Source of the DNA: Eledone cirrhosa
Taxonomy: Eukaryota
DNA: 64,000 nucleotides
Direction: 5' to 3'
Assembly: GCA_964016885.1 (NCBI GenBank)
Contig: CAXHJY010001470.1
Coordinates: 1-64,000 of the forward strand
The stretch's first letter is position 1. Each line of letters opens with the position of its first letter. The position numbers and the translations under genes are program-made. Below, piece after piece: positions 17,187 through 32,544 of this stretch. The notes below the pieces were generated by a model. That model saw only the letters and a program-made list of their open reading frames with translations. It made no database searches and was not told where the DNA came from.

Positions 17187-17472
17187 TAGCAAACAGGGCT
17201 ATACATTCGCACAAATTATATTACCCACACATACACCCGAGCACACAAAAACACCCACAGACACATCGATTGACACGCACACGTATGCAATCATACTAAC
17301 GTATTACACACACACACACACACACACACTCCCCTTCTCATGGTTTCATCTGATTAAATACATTTAACACATTTAGTTGAGTGATGGTTTGAGAATATGT
17401 CACGTCACATGACGCTGTGACGTAACACCCATCCAAACACTTCATATTTTCAGCCATATTTTACACAATTCT

Positions 17473-17507
17473 ACTCTCTCTCTTTCTCTGTCTCTCTGTG
17501 TCTCTCT

Positions 17508-17549
<42 letters not shown>

Positions 17550-17728
17550 CTCTCTCTGTCTCTCTGTCTCTCTCTCTGTCTCTCTCTCTCTGTCTCTCTC
17601 TCTCTGTCTGTCTCTCTCTCTCTGTCTGTCTGTCTGTCTCTCTCTCTCTGTCTGTCTGTCTCTCTGCCTGTCTGTCTGTCTCTCTGTCTGTCTGTCTGTC
17701 TCTGTCTGTCTCTGTCTGTCTGTCTGTC

Positions 17729-17759
<31 letters not shown>

Positions 17760-17861
17760 ATATATCTCTCTATATATCTCTCTCTATATATCTCTCTCTC
17801 TATATATATATATATATCTCTCTCTCTCTCTCTCTCGCTCTCTCTCTCGCTCTCGCTCTCG

Positions 17862-17902
<41 letters not shown>
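17473..17902. repeat. (CT)n/(CTGT)n compound microsatellite
   Basis: Direct reading. Confidence 0.95.
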
Positions 17903-17904
<2 letters not shown>

Positions 17905-18096
17905 AGTTTAGAATGTTACATGACAAATTTAAATGTCGTCAGAAACATTCTTATTCTGGTTGTTAAAATTGGCTGAGCAAGGGCGAATAATTCTGCAACA
18001 ACTGTTTTCCTTTCTCCATCTAGTCTTTTATTTAAATGTGTATTTAGATGTCTAATAATATTATTTTATGTTTACGTGAGGGTCGTGGAACATCTG

Positions 18097-18285
18097 AATC
18101 GGAAGAGCGACAGGCAACATGCTTAGCAGCAGCATAGAGTTACGACCTTTTACATTCTGAGTTCAAATCCCGCTGGGTTAGCTTTTCCTTACAGGGTCGA
18201 TAAAATAAGGTACCAGTAACACATTGAGGTCGATTTAATCACCTTTTTCCTTCCTGTCATTGTGCCAAAAGTAGAAACCATTATT
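18097..18285 (+). mobile_element. SINE family C, diverged
   Basis: gagttcaaatccc B box, gggtcgataaaataaggtaccag core, tgtgccaaaagtagaaaccattatt tail. Confidence 0.8.
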
Positions 18286-18307
18286 TTACCTTTATGTGAC
18301 ATTATGT

Positions 18308-18450
18308 AAAGGCGCCATTGCCTAGTGACTGGGATATCAGGCTTATGTTCGTAAAATCCTGAGTTCGATTGCCGGATTGGGCAAAGCCTCGTGTTCTTCA
18401 GCAAGGAAGTTTATTTCACATTTCCACAGTTCAGCTGGTAAAAATAGGGT
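18308..18450 (+). mobile_element. Diverged SINE family D-like fragment
   Basis: gagttcgattgcc B box and gtgttcttcagcaaggaagtttatttcaca core similar to 18571-18818. Confidence 0.55.
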
Positions 18451-18570
18451 GACAAAGATGTTGTTGCTATAGTTTTAAGAAATTAGGAAATTGTTGCAGG
18501 AATGCCACCATGTAGCAGAAAGAATGGAAGAGTGGTACCATGTAGCAGAAAGAATGGTACCATGTGGAAG

Positions 18571-18818
18571 GCGCATGGCTTAGTGGTTAGACCATTGGGC
18601 TTGCAATGCAATCGAAAGGTTGTGAGCTCAATTCTCGGACCGGGTGATGTGTTGTTTCCTTGAGCAAGACACTTTATTTCACGTTGCTCCAGTTTACTCA
18701 GCTGTAAAAATGAGATGATAGGACTGGGGTCCCTATCATTAAGTTACCCAAGACGCCTCCAACAAGATATACCTTGGAGGAGGGCAGCTAAACCTGCAGG
18801 TGAGCTGTCACAACAACA
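18571..18818 (+). mobile_element. tRNA-derived SINE family D (CORE-like domain), (CAA)n tail, 12-bp TSD
   Basis: A box tggcttagtgg. Core ccttgagcaagacactttatttcacgttgctccag. TSD accatgtggaag at 18559-18570 and 18819-18830. Inserted in a ~22-bp ggtaccatgtagcagaaaga minisatellite. Second copy at 43379-43622. Confidence 0.85.
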
Positions 18819-19454
18819 ACCATGTGGAAGAGTGGCACCATGTAGCAGAAAGAGTGGTACCGTGTATCAGAAAGAATGGCACCATGTAGCAGAAAGAATG
18901 CTACCATGGTACCATGTAGCAGACGAGTGGTGCGGTGGTACCATGTAGCAGAAGCAGACCAACTGTAACAGACTTCGTGTCTGTACTAATAAAGCTTCAT
19001 GACGTTGTGGGTGGGGTGGGAGTGTTGACTACAATGACGTCACAGGGGGGGGGGGTAGAGGTAGAAGTGGCCATCAAATTTTACATAATTGAATGATACA
19101 GGTGAGGGTGGGGTATTGGTTGATGACGTAATTCGAGTGATACGGGGTGGGGTGGACTGAAATTTAAAAAATCGCCATCATTACAATGTGGGGGGGGGGT
19201 CGAGGAATATCAGGAGTGGGGGGAGGGTTATTAGAAATCTATCGTTCTCTGTCTACATGCGTCAGTGTGTGTCTGTCTGTATGTCTGTATGTGTCTGTAT
19301 GTCTGTCTGTGTGTGTGTGTGTATGTATGTATGTGTGTGTATGTCTGTGTGTCAGTCTGTATGTCAGAATATCCGCGCGCTTGTGTGTGTGTGTGTCGGT
19401 ATGTCTGTCTGTGTGTATGCTAGTGTCTGTGTGTGTGCTTGTGTCTATGTGTAT

Positions 19455-19680
19455 GCCACTGTCTCTGTTAGTGTGTGTGCCACTGTCAGTCAGTGTGTGT
19501 GCCACTGTCTCTGTTAGTGTGTGTGCCACTGTCAGTCAGTGTGTGTGCCACTCTCTGTTAGTGTGTGTGCCACTGTCAGTCAGTGTGTGTGCCACTGTCT
19601 CTGTTAGTGTGTGTGCCACTGTCAGTCAGTGTGTGTGCCACTGTCTCTGTTAGTGTGTGTGCCAGTGTCAGTCAGTGTGT
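19455..19680. repeat. 46-bp (24+22) tandem repeat, ~5 copies
   Basis: gccactgtctctgttagtgtgtgt gccactgtcagtcagtgtgtgt repeated. Confidence 0.9.
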
Positions 19681-19765
19681 GTGTGTAAAAGAGGGGCAGC
19701 TCCCAGTCGTGACTCATTGACCAAAAGACCAGTAAAATATTGCATGACGTTTACTAATTAACAGC

Positions 19766-20232
19766 GTGGTGGTGGTGATGGCGGTGGTGGTGCCTTCTGT
19801 TAGTGGTGGTGGTGTCTTCTGTTACTGGTGGTGGTGGTGGTGGTGTCTTCTGTTACTGGTGGTGGCGGTGTTTTCTGTTACTGGTGGTGGCGGTGTCTTC
19901 TGTTACTGGTGGTGGTGGTGGCGGTGTCTTCTGTTACTGGTGGTGGTGGTGGCGATGTCTTCTGTTACTGGTGGTGGTGGTGGTGCCGGTGTCTTCTGTT
20001 AGTGGTGGTGGTGGTGGCGGTGTCTTCTGTTACTGGTGGTGGTGGTGGTGGTGATGGTGTCTTCTGTTACTGGTGGTGGCGGTGTTTTCTGTTACTGGTG
20101 GTGGTGGTGGCGGTGTCTTCTGTTACTGGTGGTGGTGGTGGTGGTGGTGATGGTGTCTTCTGTTACTGGTGGTGGTGGTGTCTTTTACTGGAGGTGGTGG
20201 TGGTGGTGGTAGTAGTAGTGGTAGTGGTGGTG
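19766..20232. repeat. Minisatellite: gtcttctgttact core separated by variable (GGT)n
   Basis: Direct reading. Confidence 0.9.
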
Positions 20233-20272
20233 GCCTATTATACCAGCCACTGAACTCGTTATGTTATATATA

Positions 20273-20338
20273 ATAATTGTTTCTACTTTTGGCACAAGGC
20301 CAGCAATTTCCAGTGTATTACTGGTACTTTATTTTATA
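20273..20338 (-). mobile_element. 5'-truncated SINE C tail with 18-bp TSD
   Basis: tatgttatatataataat at 20260-20277 and 20339-20356 flanks the SINE tail. Confidence 0.8.
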
Positions 20339-20417
20339 TATGTTATATATAATAATAATAATAATTCGCTCGAGGTGTTAATTTTTCATTAAGTTTATTC
20401 AGGTGTGACGATACAAT

Positions 20418-20469
<52 letters not shown>

Positions 20470-20479
20470 TATGTGTGTG

Positions 20480-20511
<32 letters not shown>

Positions 20512-21305
20512 GTGTATGTGTGTGTATATATTTGTATATATATATATATATATAGTGTGTGTGTACATATATATTTATATATACAGAAAACTATGAGATT
20601 ATATCAACCAAATTTATATTCTAAAAGATGTGTGTACTTATTACACACACGCACGCACGCGCACGCACGCACGCACGCGCACGCACACACACACACACAT
20701 ATATTAACTCTGTGTGTGTGTACTTGTGTGTACATATATGCACACATAGTTACATAACACATTTCCAAATTCTGTTTGTTTACACTAAGTCGATAAGAAT
20801 TCTCTAGAACATTCCAAACGGCACCAGTTCTAAACCTAAACTTTACCATATCCTTACACACTAATTATTGGTAAGTCTGCAAGGAATGTAGAAAGCTTAA
20901 GGACTTCAGGGACATTAGCTGATTTTTTTTATTAATTTTTTTTTTTTTTAATTACATTTCATACGTAAAATATTATGGAAGACGGAGACAAATTATTTCA
21001 ATGTAAAAATAGATTTTTTAGCCTTGATCTAAATTCCATAAAAATTAATTAGTTTTATTATTAATTAGTTATTTTATATTACTAGTTTTTTTTTACACTT
21101 AAGTAAATTGGACATTTTTTTTTGTTTGTTTGTGTTTTTAAAAATGTTGAATTATTGATAAATATTGGTTATATAATTAGTCCATGGGAATTGATATTTA
21201 TATATATATATATATACATAGGCACGCACACACATACACACCCATACATATATATATATACATACATAGGCACGCGCACACATATACACACAGATATATA
21301 TAGAT

Positions 21306-21368
<63 letters not shown>

Positions 21369-21426
21369 TTTTAATATAGAAGAGCTTCTACAGGACTTAT
21401 ATATATTTAATATATATATAGAGAGA

Positions 21427-21560
21427 GAGCTTCCTGATGATTTCTCTCGAATGAAACAGTTCTAGTCCTGTAGAAGTTTTTCTATATTAAATATTTATAC
21501 TCTCCTTTGTATTGAGTACCTTACTTACTGTGGTTACCCCAGATTGAACCCGGGATAAAC
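21427..21560 (+). ncRNA. Family E hammerhead (21427-21479) plus 3' tail
   Basis: gagcttc CTGATGA t ttc tctc gaa t GAAA cag ttctagtc ctg TA gaagttt, followed by the family tail ending aacccgggataaac. Short inverted piece upstream at 21367-21396. Confidence 0.85.
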
Positions 21561-21759
21561 TTATATATATATATGAAAAGATTCAGCACTCGATGTTTAG
21601 GTTCACTTCAGTATCGAGATGTTGAGCGGATTACAGAGTCAGGCTAGACTGATACAGATCGAACCTTGAGCTGATCAGTGGCGAAACGCGCGACACCAAC
21701 CAATAAACGTAATGCCGGAGTAACCAATCGTACTTGTTATCTTATTTCACTATATATAT

Positions 21760-21908
21760 TTATTAAAATAACAGATTAAAGTTTAAGCAAATAATCGCTG
21801 CTTTCACCCTTAATGGGATCTTCTGAAATATTTGCTCTACGGTTCTTATATATTTGATATATATTTATCCTTATCGAACCCTCTTTGGATTTTAGTCTTC
21901 AAATTTAT

Positions 21909-21912
<4 letters not shown>
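21760..21912. mobile_element. Family G remnant: inverted hammerhead (minus, 21780-21828) fused to forward tail
   Basis: Minus strand reads ttt CAGAAGA tcccattaagggt GAAA gca..tgc TT aaact. Plus-strand tail atatttgctctacgg...tttagtcttc as at 34188-34260. Confidence 0.75.
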
Positions 21913-21946
<34 letters not shown>

Positions 21947-22334
21947 GTTCATACATATATATATATAAGGGGACAACGAAAGTAACGGTAAGACGGACAG
22001 TCAACCTTTGTCCTGTGACTCCCACTGTTCTAAATATATAATAGACAGTCGTACTAAGACATCGTTTAATCATAATAGAGAGGTGTATATGAAAATGTAT
22101 ATAAACATATATCATACGTTGATATACAATAAACATATGATATCCCAGCTGTTGAGGAAAAATATTTTACTGTAAAAAAACGAAACGAAAAAAAATTTGT
22201 ATTTATCTCTATAACTATGTCAGTATCTTATGAGAATGTCGGACAGCGCTGGTTCAAGATTTGTTAATCTTTTACCAGTGGCACTCACTCGAAACGTACT
22301 GGCATGAAATAGACTATATAGAATGTTATGTCCA

Positions 22335-23377
22335 TCTAACCATCCTTCTACAATCTAGCCATCCTTCTACCATCTAGCCATCCTTCTACCGTCTAGCAAT
22401 CCTTCCATCTACCATCTAATCTTCGGTCTAGCCATCCGTCGTCCAGCTAGCCACCCGTCCATCCCTCCCTCCATGTAGACATCTAGCCATCCGACCATCC
22501 AGCCATCAGACCATCTAGCCATCCGTCTGTCTACCATCTAGCCATCCATCAGTCTACCATCTAGCCCTCCACCCGTTTACCATCTAGCCATCCGTCTACC
22601 ATCTAGCCATACATCCGTCTACCATCTAGCCATACATCCGTCTACCATCTAGCCATCCACCCGTCTACCATCTAGCCGTCTACCATCTAGCCATCCATCC
22701 GTCTACCATCTGGCCATCTACCATCTAGCCATCCACCCGTCTACCATCTAGCCATCTACCATCTAGCCATCCGTCTACCATCTAGCCGTCTACCATCTAG
22801 CCATCCGTCTACCATCTAGCCATCCGCCTACCATCTAGCCGTCTACCATCTAGCCATCCACCCGTCTACCATCTAGCCGTCTACCATCTAGCCATCCGTC
22901 TACCATCTAGCCGTCTACCATCTAGCCATCCACCCGTCTACCATCTAGCCATCCATCCGTCTACCATCCACCCGTCTACCATCTAGCCGTCTGCCATCCA
23001 CCCGTCTACCATCCATCCGTCTACCATCTAGCCACCCGTTTACCATACATCCGTCTACCATCTAGCCACCCGTCTACCATCCACCCGTCTACCATCTAGC
23101 CACCCGTCTACCATCCACCCGTCTACCATCCATCCGTCTACCATCTAGCCACCCGTCTACCATCCATCCGTCTACCATCCATCCGTCTACCATCCATCCG
23201 TCTACCATCTAGCCACCCGTCTACCATCCATCCGTCTACCATCCATCCGTCTACCATCTAGCCACCCGTCTACCATCCATCCGTCTACCATCTAGCCACC
23301 CGTCTACCATCCATCCGTCTACCATCTAGCCACCCGTCTACCATCCATCCGTCTACCATCTAACCATCCATCCGTCT
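22335..23377. repeat. ~1-kb satellite built from ctaccat / ctagcca / ccgt / ccat modules
   Basis: Direct reading. Confidence 0.9.
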
Positions 23378-23716
23378 GAGCACAAGAGTGTTCAATGCCA
23401 GACAAGGATGGTATGAGTCACCATTTAAAAGGTTCTAACGCTATTGTCTTGAGAGACAGAGATAAGCAGACGACCCCCCCCCCGACCCTCCTCCTCCAAC
23501 CAGGCTGTCTTCTATTCTGGCAATCTTCCCCCTCCACCTTCCACACGTCTAGCAAACCTCTCCTCTTCCCTCTACTCTTATGCAACTTCCTATCTTTCCA
23601 CATTCTCCTACTGTTGCCTGCTTTCTCCTCTTCCTCTTCCCACTGTTACCATTTTTTTTTTCGCCTAAGCAAGAATGTCTGCATGTTTGTCTATATACAT
23701 CTAATTATGTTTATAC

Positions 23717-23719
<3 letters not shown>

Positions 23720-23758
<39 letters not shown>

Positions 23759-23794
23759 ATAAATGTATATATATATATATATATATATGGATAA

Positions 23795-23828
<34 letters not shown>

Positions 23829-23832
23829 ATAA

Positions 23833-23870
<38 letters not shown>

Positions 23871-23874
23871 ATAA

Positions 23875-23916
<42 letters not shown>

Positions 23917-23920
23917 ATAA

Positions 23921-23956
<36 letters not shown>

Positions 23957-23960
23957 ATAA

Positions 23961-24012
<52 letters not shown>

Positions 24013-24138
24013 ATAAATGTATATATATATATATATATATATATGGATAAATGTATATATATATATATATATGGATAAATGTGTATATATATATATATAT
24101 ATGGATAAATGTATATATATATATATATATATGGATAA

Positions 24139-24174
<36 letters not shown>

Positions 24175-24512
24175 ATAAATGTATATATATATATATATAT
24201 GGATAAATGTATATATATATATATATATGGATAAATGTATATATATATATATATATGGATAAATGTATATATATATATATATGGATAAATGTGTGTATAT
24301 ATATATATATATATATGGATAAATGTGTGTATATATATATATATATATATGGATAAATGTGTGTATATATATATATATATATATGGATAAATGTGTATAT
24401 ATATATATATATATATGGATAAATGTGTGTATATATATATATATATATGGATAAATGTATATATATATATATATGGATAAATGTGTATATATATATATAT
24501 ATATATGGATAA

Positions 24513-24552
<40 letters not shown>

Positions 24553-24714
24553 ATAAATGTATGTATGTATATATATATATATATATATATATGGATAAAT
24601 GTGTATATATATATATATATATCTATATATATATATATATATATATATATGGATAAATGTGTATATATATATATATATATCTATATATATATATATATAT
24701 ATATATATGGATAA

Positions 24715-24768
<54 letters not shown>

Positions 24769-24834
24769 ATAAATGTGTGTATATATATATATATATATAT
24801 CTATATATATATATATATATATATATATGGATAA

Positions 24835-24880
<46 letters not shown>

Positions 24881-24954
24881 ATAAATGTGTATATATATAT
24901 ATATATATATATGGATAAATGTGTATATATATATATATATATATATATGGATAA

Positions 24955-24986
<32 letters not shown>

Positions 24987-24988
24987 GG

Positions 24989-25020
<32 letters not shown>

Positions 25021-25026
25021 GGATAA

Positions 25027-25102
<76 letters not shown>

Positions 25103-25136
25103 GGATAAATATATATATATATATATATATATATGG

Positions 25137-25180
<44 letters not shown>

Positions 25181-25212
25181 ATAAATATATATATATATAT
25201 ATATATATATGG

Positions 25213-25254
<42 letters not shown>

Positions 25255-25280
25255 ATAAATATATATATATATATATATGG

Positions 25281-25332
<52 letters not shown>

Positions 25333-25740
25333 ATAAATGTGTATGGATAAATGTATATATATATATATATATGGATAAATGTATATATATATATATATAT
25401 ATATATGGATATATATATGGATAAATGTATATATATATATATATATATATGGATATATATATGGATAAATGTATATATATATATATATGGATATATATAT
25501 GGATAAATGTATATATATATATATATGGATATATATATGGATAAATGTATATATATATATATGGATATATATATGGATAAATGTATATATATATATATAT
25601 ATATGGATATATGGATAAATGTATATATATATATATATATATATATGGATAAATGTATATATATATATATATATGGATAAATGTGTATATATAAATATAT
25701 ATATATAGATGAATAAATGTATATATTTATATATATACAC
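23720..25740. repeat. ~2-kb array of GGATAAAT(GT) units separated by variable (TA)n
   Basis: Direct reading. Confidence 0.95.
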
Positions 25741-26242
25741 TTGTAATTATGTATATGCTAATCTAAGAATCTGAAGAGCTGTAGTAGATTTCCCATGTTG
25801 GCACCTGATGGTCTTTTGTGGTGTACTCGTGTGTCCCTCAGTGCCTCTTCAACATATCACTCAGCGAACTGATGACACGCAATATATGCTCATTCAAGCT
25901 GAGCACCTAGCCTCTCTCAGTTCAAAGACCATCCTACATGAGAGGCTTCTGATATAGCTATCATAGGATAGTCTAACAGAACATGTCCGGTCGAGAAGAG
26001 TAAACCTCGATACAGATCCGGCTCTAGATCATGCAATGATCATCAGTTTAATTAGATGAGCTCGGTATCATGTACACCAGTGGCTTCGCAGATGATCAAC
26101 TATTAATTCTACAATGGGTTGACACAACTGCTATCCGAGTATGCATGTTTGGTGAGCCGCATATATTCTAGCCATTAGAAAAAGCAAAATGAAAGCTTGC
26201 TTCACATTCGAAATGTATACGTAAGTGTATATATATATATAT

Positions 26243-26886
26243 AGGAAAATGTTTAACCCCGACGGCAGAGCTCAAGCCGTTTCGACGGCTATTTCTGGAC
26301 TAAATTAGAATTTTTAGCGTGGTAATAAATAGCAGAACTTTTCAAGGGGTAATTCCTTATATGGGTATATGGGAAGATTGTAGTTGTCAAAAGGATTGGT
26401 CAAAATTCCTTGTAAACACAATTCAATCTTTCATGGTGATGGGTGGGAGGTGAGGTGGCTGAACTTGCGTGTAGAACAATGAGGGAGTGGGTGGAGCCGA
26501 TCAAGCGTTCAAAGTGAATTCTATACAGCAAATTATAAGGAGTATGTATGAAATTAGGCTAGGTAGAAAGCAGGCGAAAAAGAATTCTGGGGGAATCTGA
26601 GAGTGGGACGTTATAAAATTAAAAGGTTAATAAATTGAGATTAAAAGATAATAAATAAAAATAATAAAAATCTCTAGGGTCTGAAGCAGCTGCTATATTT
26701 TTAGCTGGTATTGCGTTTTCGGTCAATGCTATATACAATTTATTGGGGTGGGGGTACTGAGGCTACAAAAGCCCGATGAACTGCCGCAGGGTTAAACATT
26801 TTCCTATTACCCACACTATTACCCTAAGTATTGAGTACTCTGGTGCGTTATGGTCCATATGGTTCCTTACCACACTCCCTCCGTTA
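26243..26886. mobile_element. Longest family A element: minus-strand degenerate hammerhead (26256-26350), ~430 bp internal sequence, forward tail
   Basis: Minus strand reads acccc TTGAAAA g..gctattt...aaatagc..c GAAA cggc..gccg TC ggggt. Inverted ends 26243-26268 / 26781-26806. Flanked by (TA)n. Confidence 0.7.
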
Positions 26887-26891
26887 TATAT

Positions 26892-26945
<54 letters not shown>

Positions 26946-27213
26946 TCAACTCGTCCATTTAAGGTCGATAAATGAAGTACTAGGAGTCGATTCTTCCTTT
27001 ATATCACATTCTGGCTCCCATTAACTCTGTATTCTTCTCTGGAAGAAATCTGGTGTATTCAGACCTGGTGTGTGTGTATGTTGCTTAATAGCTGGATAGA
27101 AAGATGGGGGACAGTTTTCCATCCATCGAAACCAGCAATCACTGTCTTTCTCTCCCGTCGTCCATTTTCATAAGTCATCCTTTCGCATCATTTATTTCAC
27201 GTGTGTATGTAGG

Positions 27214-27258
<45 letters not shown>

Positions 27259-27383
27259 GTATGTGTGTACGTACATATGGATATGTTCATGTATATACAC
27301 ATATATAGAGAGACACATAAATATGTAAGTAACATATAGATGTATATATGCATGTGTGTATGTGTATATACATATATATACAT

Positions 27384-27423
<40 letters not shown>

Positions 27424-27634
27424 ACCATTCATACACACCATTCTTTTTCATTATTCCATCTGATTCCTCCTTCAGTTTCCCTGTGAGACTGGGTATCAAT
27501 CAAAGGAGACGTGTTTGCTATTCCCATTTGGCTATCGTCTACCAGACAAAAATACCAGCCGATAATATGAACAACCGGTGAAGAAATGAAGAGACATTAG
27601 ATAACGTACGAATTGGTGGAAAAAGAAAGCTGGG

Positions 27635-29603
<1,969 letters not shown>

Positions 29604-29617
29604 GTTAACGCTGGTAT

Positions 29618-29756
29618 GTAAACAGTTAATTGAAGAAGTTGTAACATTGGAGTAGCAGTAAGTAGGAGAGTTACATGTCGTTCCTTTTAACTCCGTGTGC
29701 AACCTTTCTACTTACAGCTACTCTAACGCTATACGCTCCTTCAATTAACTGTTTAC
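29618..29756. repeat. Imperfect 139-bp hairpin (small MITE or structured RNA)
   Basis: Perfect 18-bp ends gtaaacagttaattgaag / cttcaattaactgtttac. Pairing continues ~62 bp with mostly transition differences. Confidence 0.75.
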
Positions 29757-29789
29757 TTATTAGCGCAACATCTCCCTCTATATCTTTCT

Positions 29790-29823
<34 letters not shown>

Positions 29824-30555
29824 CCCTCTCCACCCCCCTCATCTCTCCGCTCCTTTTTGACAAATCTCTATCTGTGTTTCCCCTATATTCCGCCTTACCA
29901 TTTCCAAAGATTGTCTGCACCCTATCCTCTGCAGTTTCCCAGACATACGATGTTTTATACCCATTTCTATGCAGTCTTTCTCTTCTGTCTTATTCGAAAG
30001 ACACTCCGTTGTTTCCCTCTGTCTCTCTCTCATTTATTTACATGTGACTCATTGGAGGTGTGAAAACACTTTAGTATTGTTCATTCAGTGCCTTACATTT
30101 CTCTTGGGGAGGTCTGCGGTCAGTGAGCTTCTGCGAGTTCTTTGTGGCTCATATTTGTTTGTTTTTTTTTGGTTTTTTTTTTGGGGGGGGGGGGGGGTTG
30201 CGCGGGGGGGGGGGGGTCATTTTCTTTCGTCTCCTCTGTGAAAATAAGGCTGAACTGATCCCTGTGTGGCTTAACAAGCAAGTAGGCACGAAAGAATTCA
30301 TGCAGGGTCTTCTTAATTAGTTTATTTGAAAGAGAACCATTAGCTGAACTACATGACTGAGCATAAGTTGTAGTTCGTTAATTTCCAGTTGTGATGAGTT
30401 CGGATCTCATTTACTTCAGCATTTGTATCTGTATTGTCTTCCATATCTCAATTATGATAATCACTCAATTAAAAATAAAACGAAATGCAATTACTATCTC
30501 CTAAAATGAAATATATTTAAAATATAATACTCTAAGAATATAATACCTTACCTTA

Positions 30556-30608
<53 letters not shown>

Positions 30609-30669
30609 ATAATAATGATAATAATAATAATAAATGTGAAGACTAAATTCGAAGAGGGCTCGATAAGCA

Positions 30670-30824
30670 TAATATATATATATATAAATATATATATATG
30701 TATATATATATATGTATACATATATATATGTATGTATGTGTATGTATGTCTATGTATGTATATATATATATGTGTATATATATATATATGTATGTGTATA
30801 TATATATATGTATGTGTATATATG

Positions 30825-30855
<31 letters not shown>

Positions 30856-31456
30856 GTGTATATATATGTGTATATATATGTGTATGTGTATATGTATGTG
30901 TGTATATGTATGTGTGTATGTGTATATGTATATATATATATATGTATGTGTATATATATATATATGTGTATATATATATGTGTGTATATATATATATGTA
31001 TGTGTGTATATATATATGTATGTGTGTGTATATATATATATGTGTATATATATATATATGTATGTGTGTATATATATGTATGTGTGTATATATATGTATG
31101 TGTATATATATGTATGTGTATATATATGTATGTGTGTATATATATGTATATGTGTATATATATATATATGTGTATATATATATATGTGTATATATATATA
31201 TGTGTATATATATATATATGTGTATATATATATATGTGTATATATATATATATGTGTATATATATATATGTGTGTATATATATATATGTGTGTATATATA
31301 TATATATGTGTATATATATATATATGTGTATATATATATATATGTGTATATATATATATATGTGTATATATATATATATGTGTATATATATATATATATG
31401 TGTATATATATATATGTGTATATATATATGTGTATATATATATATATGTGTATATA

Positions 31457-31520
<64 letters not shown>
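30670..31520. repeat. (TA)n/(TG)n mosaic microsatellite
   Basis: Direct reading. Preceded by a minus-strand family G tail at ~30630-30670. Confidence 0.95.
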
Positions 31521-31521
<1 letters not shown>

Positions 31522-31594
31522 GATAACAAATTATCGTTATAAGTACTAAATAAAACCCTTTTTGTACTGTTGACCCTGTAATTCTTCACTCTTG

Positions 31595-31645
<51 letters not shown>

Positions 31646-32544
31646 CTTTCTTTATATCCTTCTTCCAGTCATTTCTTTGCACTAACACACTTCTCCCTGT
31701 CTTTCCTCCCTCTTTCAATCTTTTCTATATTTCATCTACCTGTCACCTCCCTTGGAGTTTGCCTTTCTGCTGACCACTAGCCACGGGTCTCTGTCCTCTG
31801 AGGCAATTTTGGCCTAGCGATGAGTTTTCTCATTTGTATAAGTATTCAAATACTCTTGCTTCGTCTCGATCAGAGACAACATTGTCTTTTCATATATACA
31901 TATAAACACGGACTTAGATACGCTCACAGATATATGCGTGTGTTTCTGAAAATACCCCCAGGACACGAGGAAGTAGGGTGATGTAATGAAATAGGAAAAA
32001 TGTTACGAAAATTGTGAAGATAATATTTCAGCGTCTGGCCATCTTCAATGATCTTTACGTGTTATTAGCAGATGTCACCTCAAATTGTCTGCTTACCATC
32101 ATTACTGTAAAGGCCGCATGGAAAATGCCGTCAAAATATCATTTAGACGCACACCTACTAATAACTATATATATATATATATATACATATAAATACATAC
32201 ATATATATACACACACACACATATATATACATATAGATATATATACACACGTATATATATATGTATATACCTATACACACACACACCACACACCACACCA
32301 CACACCACACACCACACCACACACACACACCATACCACACCACACCACACCACACACACAGATTTTTTTTAATCCTCATCTTTAGCAAAATGTGTACCTA
32401 AATTAGAACTGATCATTAAGCACAGCCTCACCAACACCACCACCACAATAACAACAACAATAATAATGGCATAACAAGCAGCGATATTTGTTATTGAATT
32501 TTGAAATATATGAATATCTAGAGTTTTGGTGGTGATAATAATAA

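Noticed and set aside
21640-21730. GAAACGCGCGAC followed by AATAAA as a further hammerhead (also 40855-40890)
   Set aside because: Only a possible 3' half is present with no intact CTGANGA, so it is not counted.
23720-25740. CRISPR-like repeat-spacer appearance (also 54113-55620 and 19766-20232)
   Set aside because: Spacers are simple repeats of variable length rather than unique sequences, repeats are short, there are no cas genes, and the context is eukaryotic.
25765-25800. CTGAAGA heptamer as a hammerhead core
   Set aside because: No helix II partner or GAAA/NUH arrangement found downstream.
27476-27633. Plus-strand exon-like segment (cttcag|...gctgg|gtatgt)
   Set aside because: Stops in all three frames, and the donor-like site is the start of a (TATG)n repeat. 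At best non-coding.
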